From the IMG/VR virus record IMGVR_UViG_3300049015_000042, positions 1 to 41,226 of that record: a stretch of DNA of 41,226 nucleotides. One strand, given 5' to 3'. This stretch comes from a virus. Taxonomy: Duplodnaviria > Caudoviricetes. The notes beneath the pieces were generated by a model that was not told where the DNA came from, made no database searches, and was given only the letters and a program-made list of their open reading frames with translations. The position numbers were made by a program, and so were the translations under genes. Below are positions 1 through 8,364 of this stretch, piece after piece (the first letter of the stretch is position 1; every line of letters begins with the position of its first letter).

Positions 1-895
1 AGCCTACGATGCGGATTTGTCGACGTGGGCCGGCATCACGCCGGCGGCCGGTTTTTCCGCCTGGCTGGCAGGATCTCCGACGAGCGCCAATTTCGCCACA
101 CTGCTTTCCGACGAGAACGGCACCGGCAAAGTGATTTTCTCCGCCGGCACGCTGGCCGTCGCGAGCGGCAAGACGCTGACGGCTAACAACAGCATCACGC
201 TGTCCGGAACGGATGGAACCACGGTCACAACGCCGTCCACCAACGCGACCATGGCGCGGACCGATGCGGCGCAGACGTTCACCGGGGCTCAGACGTTTAA
301 CACGCCGATCGCCGTCGCTTCCGGAGGCACCGGCATCAACGCTTTCGGGACCGGTGTGGCGACGGCCATGGGCCAAAACACCAACACGAGCAGCGGGTTC
401 GTCACTCAAAGCGGCGGGGATAGCCGATACCTACCCACCTATTTCCTCTATGACACGACCGCCACGACTTCGGTCTCTCACGCATCTTACACTACCTCCG
501 CGACACAGGTCACGCTGCCCGCGGGAACCTATCAGTATAGCGGACTTGTCGGAGGGTCGACCGCATCATCGTCGGCTGGCGTCACCGTCTTATTCACGAC
601 CCTGAGCGGATCCGGGGTGATGCGAATCCAGAACTATCGAGGCACTTCGTTTTTCGGCCTTACGACCATGCAGGCGAGCACCCTGAGGGCCGACACCAAC
701 GTCGATCTGGCGGCCGCTCACACCAATGATCCGAGCGCATCGGACAAGTTTGCCGTCAGCACAATCAGCGGAATCCTTGTGTTGGGTTCACAACAGACCT
801 TCGGTTTCAAAATCAGTCAGCGGACCGCGACGGATGCCAGCAACGCGGCAACGCTGATGAGCGGCAGCCACGTCATCTTCACCAAGATTCAGTGA
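1..895 (+). CDS. Tail fibre/adhesin-like protein, C-terminal part (continues the ORF starting at 40836)
   Basis: Thr/Ser/Gly/Ala-rich beta-type sequence with fibre-like motifs AQTFTGAQTF and PIAVASGGTG. The frame is open from base 2 and the junction reads GTNVQA-YDADLSTWA. Confidence 0.75.
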   Translation, partial: AYDADLSTWAGITPAAGFSAWLAGSPTSANFATLLSDENGTGKVIFSAGTLAVASGKTLTANNSITLSGTDGTTVTTPSTNATMARTDAAQTFTGAQTFNTPIAVASGGTGINAFGTGVATAMGQNTNTSSGFVTQSGGDSRYLPTYFLYDTTATTSVSHASYTTSATQVTLPAGTYQYSGLVGGSTASSSAGVTVLFTTLSGSGVMRIQNYRGTSFFGLTTMQASTLRADTNVDLAAAHTNDPSASDKFAVSTISGILVLGSQQTFGFKISQRTATDASNAATLMSGSHVIFTKIQ

Positions 896-937
896 TCGAT
901 GTCCGAATCCTGAACCGCAATTCGCTAAGTCTAGTTT

Positions 938-1375
938 ATGCACTACACCCAAGAGAAATTCCTACTCGTCATTCTCAGCTCCCTAACCAGTGCCGTTAGC
1001 ACGATGGGAGCCATCCTCACCCAAGGGGATACCCGCTGGTTTTGCGTGACGCTCTCCGTCAGCACTATCGTCGCGGTGTTCCTCAGCCTGGGGCTCAAGC
1101 GCGATCACGAAACGATTCACCTAGTCATCTCCCGCGCCGGGGTCTCGCTCTGCAGCGGGGTGTTCGTCACCCGCCCGTTCGCCTGGTATTTCAACCTCGC
1201 CAGCGTCCATACCGATACGGTCAACCTCGCCGGTTCCGCCGCCCTCTGCTGCACGTTGGGATTCATTCTCGGCTTCGCCGGTCTGAGTTACCTGATGAAA
1301 CGCTCCGATTTCCTTGCCAAGAAATTCATCGATTTGAAAGCCGCGCCATTCCTCAGCAGCAGCGATAACAAGTGA
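938..1375 (+). CDS. Putative holin (small multi-TM membrane protein)
   Basis: 145 aa with about 4 hydrophobic segments and a charged C-terminus; first gene of the lysis cluster. Confidence 0.55.
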   Translation: MHYTQEKFLLVILSSLTSAVSTMGAILTQGDTRWFCVTLSVSTIVAVFLSLGLKRDHETIHLVISRAGVSLCSGVFVTRPFAWYFNLASVHTDTVNLAGSAALCCTLGFILGFAGLSYLMKRSDFLAKKFIDLKAAPFLSSSDNK

Positions 1376-1761
1376 GCGAAAGGGTCAACTACTTCCCGGA
1401 CAAGCTCCGCCTCGAAGACGCCGGGATGCGTGGAGGAATCCGGGTGTTCCGCATCGAGAGATTTTTTCGCTACATCTCATCCTTCGGAATCATCGAAGTT
1501 CCCGCCGGAACCGAGACCGATGGCGCATCCGTCCCGCGCGCGTTTTGGAGCATCTTCGATCCCTTTGGGGAATATTTCGCCGCTGCCGTCATTCATGATT
1601 TCCTCTACTCGCCTGGAAACATCGAGTTCACCCGTTTCGAGTCGGACGTCATTTTCAAGGAAGCGATGTATAACGTCGGAGTGCCCTGGTATCGTCGCGA
1701 GATCATCTATCAAGCCGTGCGCATCTTCGGAGGATCCAGCTACCGAGCCACCCCGCTTTGA
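1372..1761 (+). CDS. DUF1353 family protein
   Basis: Motifs VPAGTETDGASVPR, AAVIHDFLY and IYQAVRIFG typical of phage DUF1353 proteins; GTG start overlaps the upstream stop. Confidence 0.85.
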   Translation: MSERVNYFPDKLRLEDAGMRGGIRVFRIERFFRYISSFGIIEVPAGTETDGASVPRAFWSIFDPFGEYFAAAVIHDFLYSPGNIEFTRFESDVIFKEAMYNVGVPWYRREIIYQAVRIFGGSSYRATPL

Positions 1762-1779
1762 CAGCCGCTCTCAAGCATC

Positions 1780-2052
1780 ATGAGAGCCATCGCTACGTCA
1801 CTCGCCACCTTGTTGCTACTCTGCCTCGCACTCGTCCTCCTCCAGAGTTGCACAATGTCAGTCCCTCCCACCGAGGAAGGCCCCGCCACCGCGCAAACCG
1901 TCGACCCCGTCCAAGGCCCCAGCTTCGGAACCGCCTTCGATCCCCTCGACGAGCCAGGCTTTGTGCCACCCACTGTCGAGAGCATTCGCCGCAAACGGTT
2001 CGCTGACATGACCAACAATCCAGCCTACCCGCTCCGCGAGCCAGGCCAATAA
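1780..2052 (+). CDS. Small lipoprotein, o-spanin-like candidate
   Basis: Hydrophobic signal followed by a lipobox-like LLQS-C; Pro-rich mature part; lies in the lysis cluster. Confidence 0.5.
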   Translation: MRAIATSLATLLLLCLALVLLQSCTMSVPPTEEGPATAQTVDPVQGPSFGTAFDPLDEPGFVPPTVESIRRKRFADMTNNPAYPLREPGQ

Positions 2053-2070
2053 TCCTAGCCGATCCGCTCG

Positions 2071-2694
2071 ATGAGAACCCCGCAGATCCCCGCCGAGGAA
2101 GTCCTCCGCATCCTCACCCTCAACCGCTGCAACCTGGGGGAAGCCTGCGCCCTCGCCATCCGCGGTTACTACCTCGACACGATGGGGAAACCGGGTGTCA
2201 ACGATCGCCGGATCTATGACGACGCCGTTGCCATCTATCACCCGGACCGCGGGGTCCTCACCTATCAGGGCAACACCGATCCTAACGGCTACCGCAAGGG
2301 CCACGGCACCGCCGAAAGCACGAAAGGCATGGGCATGCTGAAAAAAGGAGTCTGGCGCTACGGTAAAGGACTCCACCGCGGCCGCCGCGGATTCCGCCAG
2401 TGTCAGCAAGTCACGGTGATTCGCGATGGAAATCCGCCCTACGAAGACACCGGATGGCACGCCATTAACATCCACTCCGGAGCCGCCGAATCCACCAGCT
2501 CCCTCGGTTGCCAAACCCTGCCGCCCTCCACCTTCTCCCAGTTCCAGCCGCTATTCTATCAGTGGCTCGACGAGTGCAAGAACGCCAAAATGAAAAACGA
2601 CAATGGCGAGCTTGTTCGGAGTTTCGATTACGTGCTCATCGAGGAGCCGGATCGGAGACAGGGAAATCTCACCGTCCCGCGGGTGGCTGTCTGA
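2071..2694 (+). CDS. Putative endolysin, cysteine peptidase with L,D-transpeptidase-like H...SxGC motif
   Basis: Motif INIHSGAAESTSSLGCQTL; position after the holin-like and lipoprotein genes. Confidence 0.6.
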   Translation: MRTPQIPAEEVLRILTLNRCNLGEACALAIRGYYLDTMGKPGVNDRRIYDDAVAIYHPDRGVLTYQGNTDPNGYRKGHGTAESTKGMGMLKKGVWRYGKGLHRGRRGFRQCQQVTVIRDGNPPYEDTGWHAINIHSGAAESTSSLGCQTLPPSTFSQFQPLFYQWLDECKNAKMKNDNGELVRSFDYVLIEEPDRRQGNLTVPRVAV

Positions 2695-2805
2695 GTTTAA
2701 AAGAAGCAGCTCGTCTCAGGCGATGTGGCGTCACCCTCGGGACGCTGAACGAGGTGACTCCTTGCTTTTGCTTGCATTTTGGACAAGACGCCCGTGAATG
2801 GCGCC

Positions 2806-2997
2806 ATGGAGGAGCCATTGAAGATTGGGGATATGGTTTGCTTCGTCAGAGAGAGTGATTTGCCGATGAAGCTCATTGGCATCGAAAGGAACGAAGGATT
2901 GGTGTCCTGGGTCGACGCGGCCGAACATTATCACGCCATGGAAGTTCCGATTGGTTTTCTGAAGCGGGTTGAGGCAACTGGAGAATCCAAGGGCTAA
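2806..2997 (+). CDS. Small protein, YodC/DUF2158-like
   Basis: LKIGDMVCF...PMKL...VSWVD pattern resembles DUF2158; ATG 2806 preferred over TTG 2779. Confidence 0.5.
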   Translation: MEEPLKIGDMVCFVRESDLPMKLIGIERNEGLVSWVDAAEHYHAMEVPIGFLKRVEATGESKG

Positions 2998-4289
2998 GTT
3001 GGCTCTGCCGACGCCGGACCCAGTAGGTCCCACCAATGCAGCCCGTCCTCGTGCATGAGCGGCCGCCGGTAGTTGCTCTTTAAAATCGCGGGCGAGTTGT
3101 CCGCCTCCGTCGCCACTTGTTCCAGCGACTTCACCACTGCGATCCGATACGAGCAAAACGAGTGCCGCAAAACATCCGTGGGCCACTCCTCGCAGATCCC
3201 TTTCGCCCGCGCCAGCACGCTGAGAAACTCTCTCGATCGGAAAGCACAGCATTTCGCCTTCGCCGGCTTTCCGCTATCCACAAAAAGCTGATGGAGCCGG
3301 TTCGCCAGCCGCTCATCCATCGGGATGTAGCGCTCTGATGAATTCTTCTGGGCCACTGCCGGAGTCACATGACAGTACCGGCGTTTCCAGTTGAAAGACT
3401 GCCAGGTGATCCGCTGGATTTCGGACGGCCGCAACCCGAGCCAGCCGCCAATCAACAAATAGGCCTCAAGCTGCTTTCCCTTTCGATCCGTCTCCGCATC
3501 GTGCTCGCGGACGGCCGCCAGCAATGCCTTGCCCTGGGAGACCTCGAAAATCGCCTTTCCTGCTTCCGGAACCACCGGCCGCCGCAACAAATCGCCCGCG
3601 TGCTTCCTTCCGTCAGGAATCAAATTCCAGTCGCGACAACGGTTGAGAAACGTGATCCACGTCGTCATCCGGTTGTCCACCGTCCGCTCCGCCGGCGCAT
3701 CCTTGCCACCGTTCACCTTGCGATTGGTCCACCGCGTCAGTCGTGGTTCGTCGAGATCGAGCAACAGCAGCGCCGCATTGCCTGGGAGATCCACGTAGGA
3801 TTCCAGCTCCTGCGAAAACGTCCGGTGCGTCTCCTTCGACCCGTCCTTGTATTCCGCGAGAAACCGAGCCACCGCTTGCGCCAGCGTCGTTCGCTCGATC
3901 TTCAAGGGACCGTTCTCCGCATACCAGCGCGCGGCCGTCGTCAGATCCGCAGCCCCATCCAGCCATTTCATCGCCCCTTTCACGTCCTCGATCAACCGCC
4001 GCACCGCCCCATCCTCCTCGCCGGCAATCCGCCGCATGGCTTCAAGCACATCGCTTTCCCCGCGCTGCACCCACTGCCGGCCGCTCCCCGCGTCGAGTTC
4101 CTTCACCTTCACTCCCGCCCATTTCAACGCGTTCTCTTCCCCTGATTTCGTCGTCTTTCGCTGGCTCCCGAGTTCCCGCCAGGTCAGATCGTAAAACCCT
4201 CCCGGCCTCTCCCGGATCCGCAGCTTGCCCGATCCAAAGACGATCGTCCTCGGATAACCTTCGATTTTCGCCTTCGCCGCCACGGACAA
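2994..4289 (-). CDS. int: Tyrosine recombinase / phage integrase
   Basis: Catalytic R in GLRPSEI, K in VAQKN, box II DVLRHSFCSY and ADNSPAILKSNY (Tyr nucleophile); adjacent to a tRNA 3' fragment. Confidence 0.93.
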   Translation of the reverse strand: MSVAAKAKIEGYPRTIVFGSGKLRIRERPGGFYDLTWRELGSQRKTTKSGEENALKWAGVKVKELDAGSGRQWVQRGESDVLEAMRRIAGEEDGAVRRLIEDVKGAMKWLDGAADLTTAARWYAENGPLKIERTTLAQAVARFLAEYKDGSKETHRTFSQELESYVDLPGNAALLLLDLDEPRLTRWTNRKVNGGKDAPAERTVDNRMTTWITFLNRCRDWNLIPDGRKHAGDLLRRPVVPEAGKAIFEVSQGKALLAAVREHDAETDRKGKQLEAYLLIGGWLGLRPSEIQRITWQSFNWKRRYCHVTPAVAQKNSSERYIPMDERLANRLHQLFVDSGKPAKAKCCAFRSREFLSVLARAKGICEEWPTDVLRHSFCSYRIAVVKSLEQVATEADNSPAILKSNYRRPLMHEDGLHWWDLLGPASAEPT

Positions 4290-4292
4290 AAG

Positions 4293-4310
4293 TTACGCCT
4301 TTTTACGCCT
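4293..4310 (+). promoter_or_regulatory. Integrase arm-type sites (tandem TTACGCCT), int-side arm of attP
   Basis: TTACGCCT at 4293-4300 and 4303-4310; the same motif recurs on the other side of the core. Confidence 0.7.
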
Positions 4311-4385
4311 CCAATTACCACCAAAAACCCCAAATTCCCTACATTTTTGCAATCAGTCCCATCCACGCCACACCATGGGGACAAC

Positions 4386-4412
4386 AAAAAACCCGCTGAA
4401 AACCAGCGGGTT
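4386..4412 (-). terminator. Intrinsic terminator downstream of the tRNA 3' fragment
   Basis: Stem AACCCGCTG/CAGCGGGTT with a 5-nt loop, followed on the minus strand by a T-run. Confidence 0.75.
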
Positions 4413-4437
4413 GGAGAAAAAATCAGGTAAAGAAAAA

Positions 4438-4470
4438 TGGAGCGGGCGATGAGATTCGAAGCCATCGCCC
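4438..4470 (-). other. attP: attP core: 3' 23 nt of a tRNA-Gly (TTCGAATCTCATCGCCCGCTCCA) with a symmetric core site
   Basis: Reverse complement of 4438-4460 gives a T-loop plus acceptor 3' strand ending CCCGCTCCA (tRNA-Gly type). The inverted repeat GGGCGATG/CATCGCCC is centred on the 7-nt T-loop. Confidence 0.85.
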
Positions 4471-4510
4471 TCGCGTTGATCCTCAGACCGTTGCAGAAGC
4501 AGTTATGATT

Positions 4511-4530
4511 TTACGCCGCTTGTTACGCCT
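4511..4530 (+). promoter_or_regulatory. Integrase arm-type sites, distal arm of attP
   Basis: TTACGCC at 4511-4517 and TTACGCCT at 4523-4530. Confidence 0.7.
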
Positions 4531-4604
4531 CGGAAACTCTTCCGAGAGTGCCTTTTCACAAACGTCGTGGGGAACTAATCACGCTCGCCATGGGGGAAGT
4601 CAAT

Positions 4605-5075
4605 TCAGAAGCCTTCCAAAGCCTTTTTCTCTTCGGCTTCTTTAGCGGCCGCGCGCTTTTTCGCGTAATCCATCGTGAAAAACATCAGATGATGCTTAAG
4701 CGTATCGTACATCACTACCCGCTTCTTATCCTCTGTGTCGTGGGTTTCATTTACGAAATCGAAGTCCTCTCGCAGAATCCACTTAGAGCCACCCGTGTTC
4801 GCGTTCCTGAACGTTTCTCGCTCCGCTACAGAGATCTCAGGGTCGCCGATGGAAAAGCCACTGCTAGGTTTTTCCTTGGAGATGAATATGTAGCTTGCGC
4901 GCCCTTGGTCGAACGTGACGCAGATGTTGAAGCCAGCTTTTTTAAAGACCAGCATCGAAGCTGCTTCCTCAACGCTGATTGGCTCGCCATAGCGCGCCTT
5001 GCATTCGGGAACGGTCTCTCCAAGACGGCCAAAAACAGGCACCATCAGCGCAAAAAAGAACGCGAGCGTTTTCAT
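4605..5075 (-). CDS. Secreted hypothetical protein (accessory/moron)
   Basis: N-terminal signal peptide MKTLAFFFALMVPVFG; lower GC than the genome average. Confidence 0.7.
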   Translation of the reverse strand: MKTLAFFFALMVPVFGRLGETVPECKARYGEPISVEEAASMLVFKKAGFNICVTFDQGRASYIFISKEKPSSGFSIGDPEISVAERETFRNANTGGSKWILREDFDFVNETHDTEDKKRVVMYDTLKHHLMFFTMDYAKKRAAAKEAEEKKALEGF

Positions 5076-5231
5076 GCTCGCGTTCTAACTCCGAATTTAG
5101 CGCTCTGACGAGGGAATTTTCTGCCTCCGCGCCGGAAGAGTGCGCGTATCAGCGCGAGGGGATTGCCGCTCGGCGGAAAGTCAATCCAAAGAAAAGCTCG
5201 CCCGACTCGGTTAGCTTTGCGAGAAACCGCA

Positions 5232-5729
5232 ATGAGCAAGCGAAGCAAGCGCCGGGGGCCGTTGAGTTACGTGGAGCAAACTCTTTTGCCCGGTGAGGAT
5301 CTTTTCGCGCTCGGAACGTTGCATTGGGCCTTGTTCGTGTCGCCCCTGCTGACCGCGTTGGTTTTCACCTGGCTGTGGCATCGGATCGCGGTATTCTTTT
5401 CCGGTGGCGGGCCGGTGGACGCACTGTGGTATTTCTTTTTCATCATGCCCTGGTTTCCGCTGCTGAATGCGATGATTCAGTTCTCGAGCACGGAATCCGC
5501 CATCACCAGCCGCCGTGTGCTTTTGAAAAAAGGCCTGGTCTCGCGCTACTCCGATGAGATCGCCTTATCCAAGGTTGAAACCGTGGGAGTGAGCCAAGGG
5601 ATCATCGGCCGCATATTCGGGTTTGGCACGGTCCACGTCCACGGGACGGGAGGGAAGGGGATCGCCATCGCGGGAATCAAGCAACCGATGCAGTTCCGCT
5701 CGATTCTCCAGCAAGTGCTAGCCTCGTGA
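5232..5729 (+). CDS. Membrane protein with bacterial PH domain (bPH_2/YdbS-like)
   Basis: Two TM helices followed by AITSRRVLLKKGLVSR...IALSKVETVGVSQGIIGRIFGFGTVHV. Confidence 0.85.
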   Translation: MSKRSKRRGPLSYVEQTLLPGEDLFALGTLHWALFVSPLLTALVFTWLWHRIAVFFSGGGPVDALWYFFFIMPWFPLLNAMIQFSSTESAITSRRVLLKKGLVSRYSDEIALSKVETVGVSQGIIGRIFGFGTVHVHGTGGKGIAIAGIKQPMQFRSILQQVLAS

Positions 5730-5913
5730 TGCCGCGCGGATCATCGCTACGGAGGCGCTTCGAGAGCTTCTGACGGTCTGCGTTACCGTCGGGCCCTTGT
5801 GGAGTGATGATTCGAAGCTCATTGGATGGGGTTGTTACGCGAAGAGGTTAGAGACGGCTAGAAAGGATTCTGCTAGTTGACCAGCCGCCGGTATTTTGCC
5901 GGGTGGAAGGGGA

Positions 5914-6366
5914 TCACTTTCCTTTGTAATGAGTGCCGTCCTTCATGGGGGAGACGTCGCTACGCTTTTCGGAAGCCTCTGCCGCATGAACTTTAAGATG
6001 TGATCGGAAGGGGAGGGACTTCTGGGGGTTGTTGAAATACTCGATCGCCATTTGGTTGAGGCCCTCGCGAGCCCAGTCCTCGATGAGCTTTGGCCCACCC
6101 TCGCATTCCAATGCCGCGCGGTTCCATGCTCGGAATTCCTCATCGGTCGCCTGCACCTGGATCCGAGGCCCGATTGAAGATCCGCTGGACCATTCCGCCA
6201 TGGTGCGAGCTGCAAACTCCTTGCGTGAGTCAGGGACGCCCTTGGAGCGCCAGTGGTTGACGGTTTGCACGGTGATTCCGAACCGGCCCGCAACGGTGGG
6301 GGCTTTCAGCTTCAGGGAATCCATCCACTCCCGGAACTCGTTTTTCTTAGGGGTCTTGTTGGCCAT
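5914..6366 (-). CDS. Phage repressor-like HTH protein, without a peptidase S24 domain
   Basis: N-terminal HTH LKAPTVAGRFGITVQTVNHWRSKGVP; divergent from the early operon. Confidence 0.75.
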   Translation of the reverse strand: MANKTPKKNEFREWMDSLKLKAPTVAGRFGITVQTVNHWRSKGVPDSRKEFAARTMAEWSSGSSIGPRIQVQATDEEFRAWNRAALECEGGPKLIEDWAREGLNQMAIEYFNNPQKSLPFRSHLKVHAAEASEKRSDVSPMKDGTHYKGK

Positions 6367-6377
6367 GGCGTGATTTC

Positions 6378-6453
6378 TTGCCGATTCAGCATAAAATACA
6401 AACTTTTAATTTGACGCATTGCCGATTCAGCAATAAATCTTGCCCGTAAGCAA
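6378..6453. promoter_or_regulatory. Lysis/lysogeny switch: repeated operators overlapping divergent promoters
   Basis: TTGCCGATTCAGCA at 6378-6391 and 6419-6432 (TTGC-N7-GCA(A)); variant TTGCCCGTAAGCAA at 6440-6453; TTGACG -35-like hexamer at 6411; AT-rich. Confidence 0.75.
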
Positions 6454-6461
6454 TTAAAGCC

Positions 6462-6617
6462 ATGTCAGCCAACCTTAACTTCGACGCGTCCCAATACCCC
6501 GCTGAGACCCTTCAGCTCATTCTCGCGAAGGCCCAGGAATGGGTTTGCACGCCACAGGAAGCGGTTACGCGCCTCCTCAATGAGCTCGCGAAAAAGCACG
6601 CGAGACAAGCCGCCTAA
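6462..6617 (+). CDS. Small Cro-position regulator (51 aa, below the ORF-track size)
   Basis: ATG 6462 to TAA 6617, MSANLNFDASQYPAETLQLILAKAQEWVCTPQEAVTRLLNELAKKHARQAA; first gene right of the operators. Confidence 0.65.
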   Translation: MSANLNFDASQYPAETLQLILAKAQEWVCTPQEAVTRLLNELAKKHARQAA

Positions 6618-6638
6618 CCATCACTCCCGATCCCCGCC

Positions 6639-6887
6639 GTGAACTCCGCCGATTTCAAGAAAAGCGCCGCTCCCCATCCCGATGGGTTCGGAGGCCAGCG
6701 CGATGCGTCGATTCTCAAGACCTACGATCGGGAAGGGGATTTCGTGATGGTCCAGTCCGTCCAGCGGACGGATGGCCTGCTGAAGCGCGCGGGAATCAAG
6801 CGTCCCCAGCGCCACGCCTTCTACAAGGTCCCCGTGATTTTCTGCGAGAAAATCCGGGGGCTCCAACTCAACGCGGAGGCGGTCTAA
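6639..6887 (+). CDS. Hypothetical early protein
   Basis: Fills the operon between neighbouring genes; GTG start. Confidence 0.55.
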   Translation: MNSADFKKSAAPHPDGFGGQRDASILKTYDREGDFVMVQSVQRTDGLLKRAGIKRPQRHAFYKVPVIFCEKIRGLQLNAEAV

Positions 6888-6888
6888 C

Positions 6889-7878
6889 GTGAAAGTGGTT
6901 GCCTTCACTCAATCCGAGCGCAGCGAGTTGATCCGCCGCGCGCAAAATCTCCGCAAGTTTTCGGGAATACTCATGAAATCTCCCGCTTGTTGCGCGCTGC
7001 TTGCAGGAGGCTCGGTGGATGCGCTTGCTATCAGCTCTGCCGCCCGCCGTTTTTTGATGGTCGAGTTGTCCGCGCCGGCCGTCGACCGCATCCACGTCGT
7101 TCTCCGCCGCCGCATCGAGGCCTGCCAGGCCCGCCGCAAGGAAGCCGCGCTCTCGCCGGGGAATGACGAGGATTTCGCCATCTGGACCCGCGAATGCGCC
7201 CGCGGTGACAAGCTCGTCCGCGCCCTCACTGCCCATCTGTCCCACGTCCCGTTTGTTTTCACCATCCGATCCCCGCAACCAGCCATGAGCACCGCCACCG
7301 AAGACGAAACCATGAGCAAGAAGCAGCTTCTATCACCCGCCACCGTCTCCTCGATCCTGAGCCATGGAACTTGGCAGGGGAGCGATAAAGTCCGGATTGT
7401 GAGCACTCTGCGGAATGATCCCGTGCTGAGAAAAGCCGGGGTGCATGACCCGCGACCGCTGGAATCCTATGACGTGCCGGTGAAGCGTGACGCCCGCGGG
7501 TTGCTCGTCATCGATCACGACGCGCACACGCCGCCGCCGGTCGCCGCCAGCGATGACAGCCTGTTTGAATCCGGGGGATTGTTCGCCAATCAGGATCGCC
7601 CCAACGTGGTCGATTTCATCCCCGCTGCTTCCGTCAGCGATGAAATCCAGCCAGTGCTCGATGCGCTCTGTGAGATCCCCGCCACTCGCACCTTTGAAAT
7701 CACCATCGACTCGCACCGCAAGATCCGCGTCCAGGTCTGCGGGTTCGAGGATCAAGCGTTGCCATCGCCCTCCGAGCCGGAGCGCTGGAAGCCGCGCAAG
7801 CCCTCTAACGTCGATGTCCACGCCGCTATCAGCGCCCTGCACATGGCCCGCGAGCTCGCCCACTTCGAGCAACTCTAA
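6889..7878 (+). CDS. Hypothetical early protein (may use an internal start near 7285)
   Basis: 329-aa ORF, closely packed in the operon. Confidence 0.55.
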   Translation: MKVVAFTQSERSELIRRAQNLRKFSGILMKSPACCALLAGGSVDALAISSAARRFLMVELSAPAVDRIHVVLRRRIEACQARRKEAALSPGNDEDFAIWTRECARGDKLVRALTAHLSHVPFVFTIRSPQPAMSTATEDETMSKKQLLSPATVSSILSHGTWQGSDKVRIVSTLRNDPVLRKAGVHDPRPLESYDVPVKRDARGLLVIDHDAHTPPPVAASDDSLFESGGLFANQDRPNVVDFIPAASVSDEIQPVLDALCEIPATRTFEITIDSHRKIRVQVCGFEDQALPSPSEPERWKPRKPSNVDVHAAISALHMARELAHFEQL

Positions 7879-7881
7879 CCC

Positions 7882-8160
7882 ATGGCCCGCTCTCCGGATA
7901 ACAACCCGATCGCGTTTCCCGCCGAGATCGCCCGCTACCTGTGCGTGGAGCGAACGGATGTGCCGGTTCTAATCCGGGAAAGCCGCCTGCCCGCGCTGCG
8001 GATCGATAAGAAAAAACGCAAGGTCCTGAGGATCCCGCTGCGGGATTTTCATGAATGGCTCAAGCGCCAGCGCGCCGGCTCGGATTCGGTCATGGGGACT
8101 TACGAAACCTTCCTCGCCGATTTCAACCAGGTCGCCCGCCACTCTCAACCCACATCATGA
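7882..8160 (+). CDS. Excisionase-like HTH protein
   Basis: AEIARYLCVERTDVPVLIRESRLPALRI...LRIPLRDFHEWL matches the Xis/HTH_17 pattern. Confidence 0.7.
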   Translation: MARSPDNNPIAFPAEIARYLCVERTDVPVLIRESRLPALRIDKKKRKVLRIPLRDFHEWLKRQRAGSDSVMGTYETFLADFNQVARHSQPTS

Positions 8161-8333
8161 AATCCTACCTCATGAGAAAGCGCGCCCCGCGGAACCCCTC
8201 CGCGCTCTATCTGCAAAACCTCGCGTGGCTCCGCGCCTTCCGGGATTGCGGATTCTTCGGGGATCGAGCCGTCGCCCATGCCGACGCCGCAACCTTCCAT
8301 TCTCCCCGCCAACCCTTCCCCACGCAGCGCTGA
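8157..8333 (+). CDS. Small hypothetical protein
   Basis: ATGA overlap with the upstream stop; begins MKSYLMRKRAPRN. Confidence 0.5.
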   Translation: MKSYLMRKRAPRNPSALYLQNLAWLRAFRDCGFFGDRAVAHADAATFHSPRQPFPTQR

Positions 8334-8349
8334 TTTTCCGCGCGGAAAA
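8334..8349. repeat. Perfect 16-bp palindrome TTTTCCGCGCGGAAAA, type copy of a dispersed family (parS-like candidate)
   Basis: Intergenic perfect copy; 14-15/16 copies at 9317, 11105, 13772, 19774, 20020 and 25491. Confidence 0.75.
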
Positions 8350-8364
8350 AATGCCACACCATCC

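Noticed and set aside
2730-2780. Hairpin GTCAC-C-CTCG...CGAG-GTGAC as the lysis operon terminator
   Set aside because: Bulged stem, large loop and interrupted T-tract; too weak to call.
4438-4510. Complete tRNA gene
   Set aside because: Only the T-loop and 3' acceptor strand are present; adjacent sequence gives no D or anticodon arm, so it is an att core.
4548-5108. 186-aa plus-strand ORF
   Set aside because: Overlaps the minus-strand ORF 4605-5075, which has a signal peptide and more natural composition.
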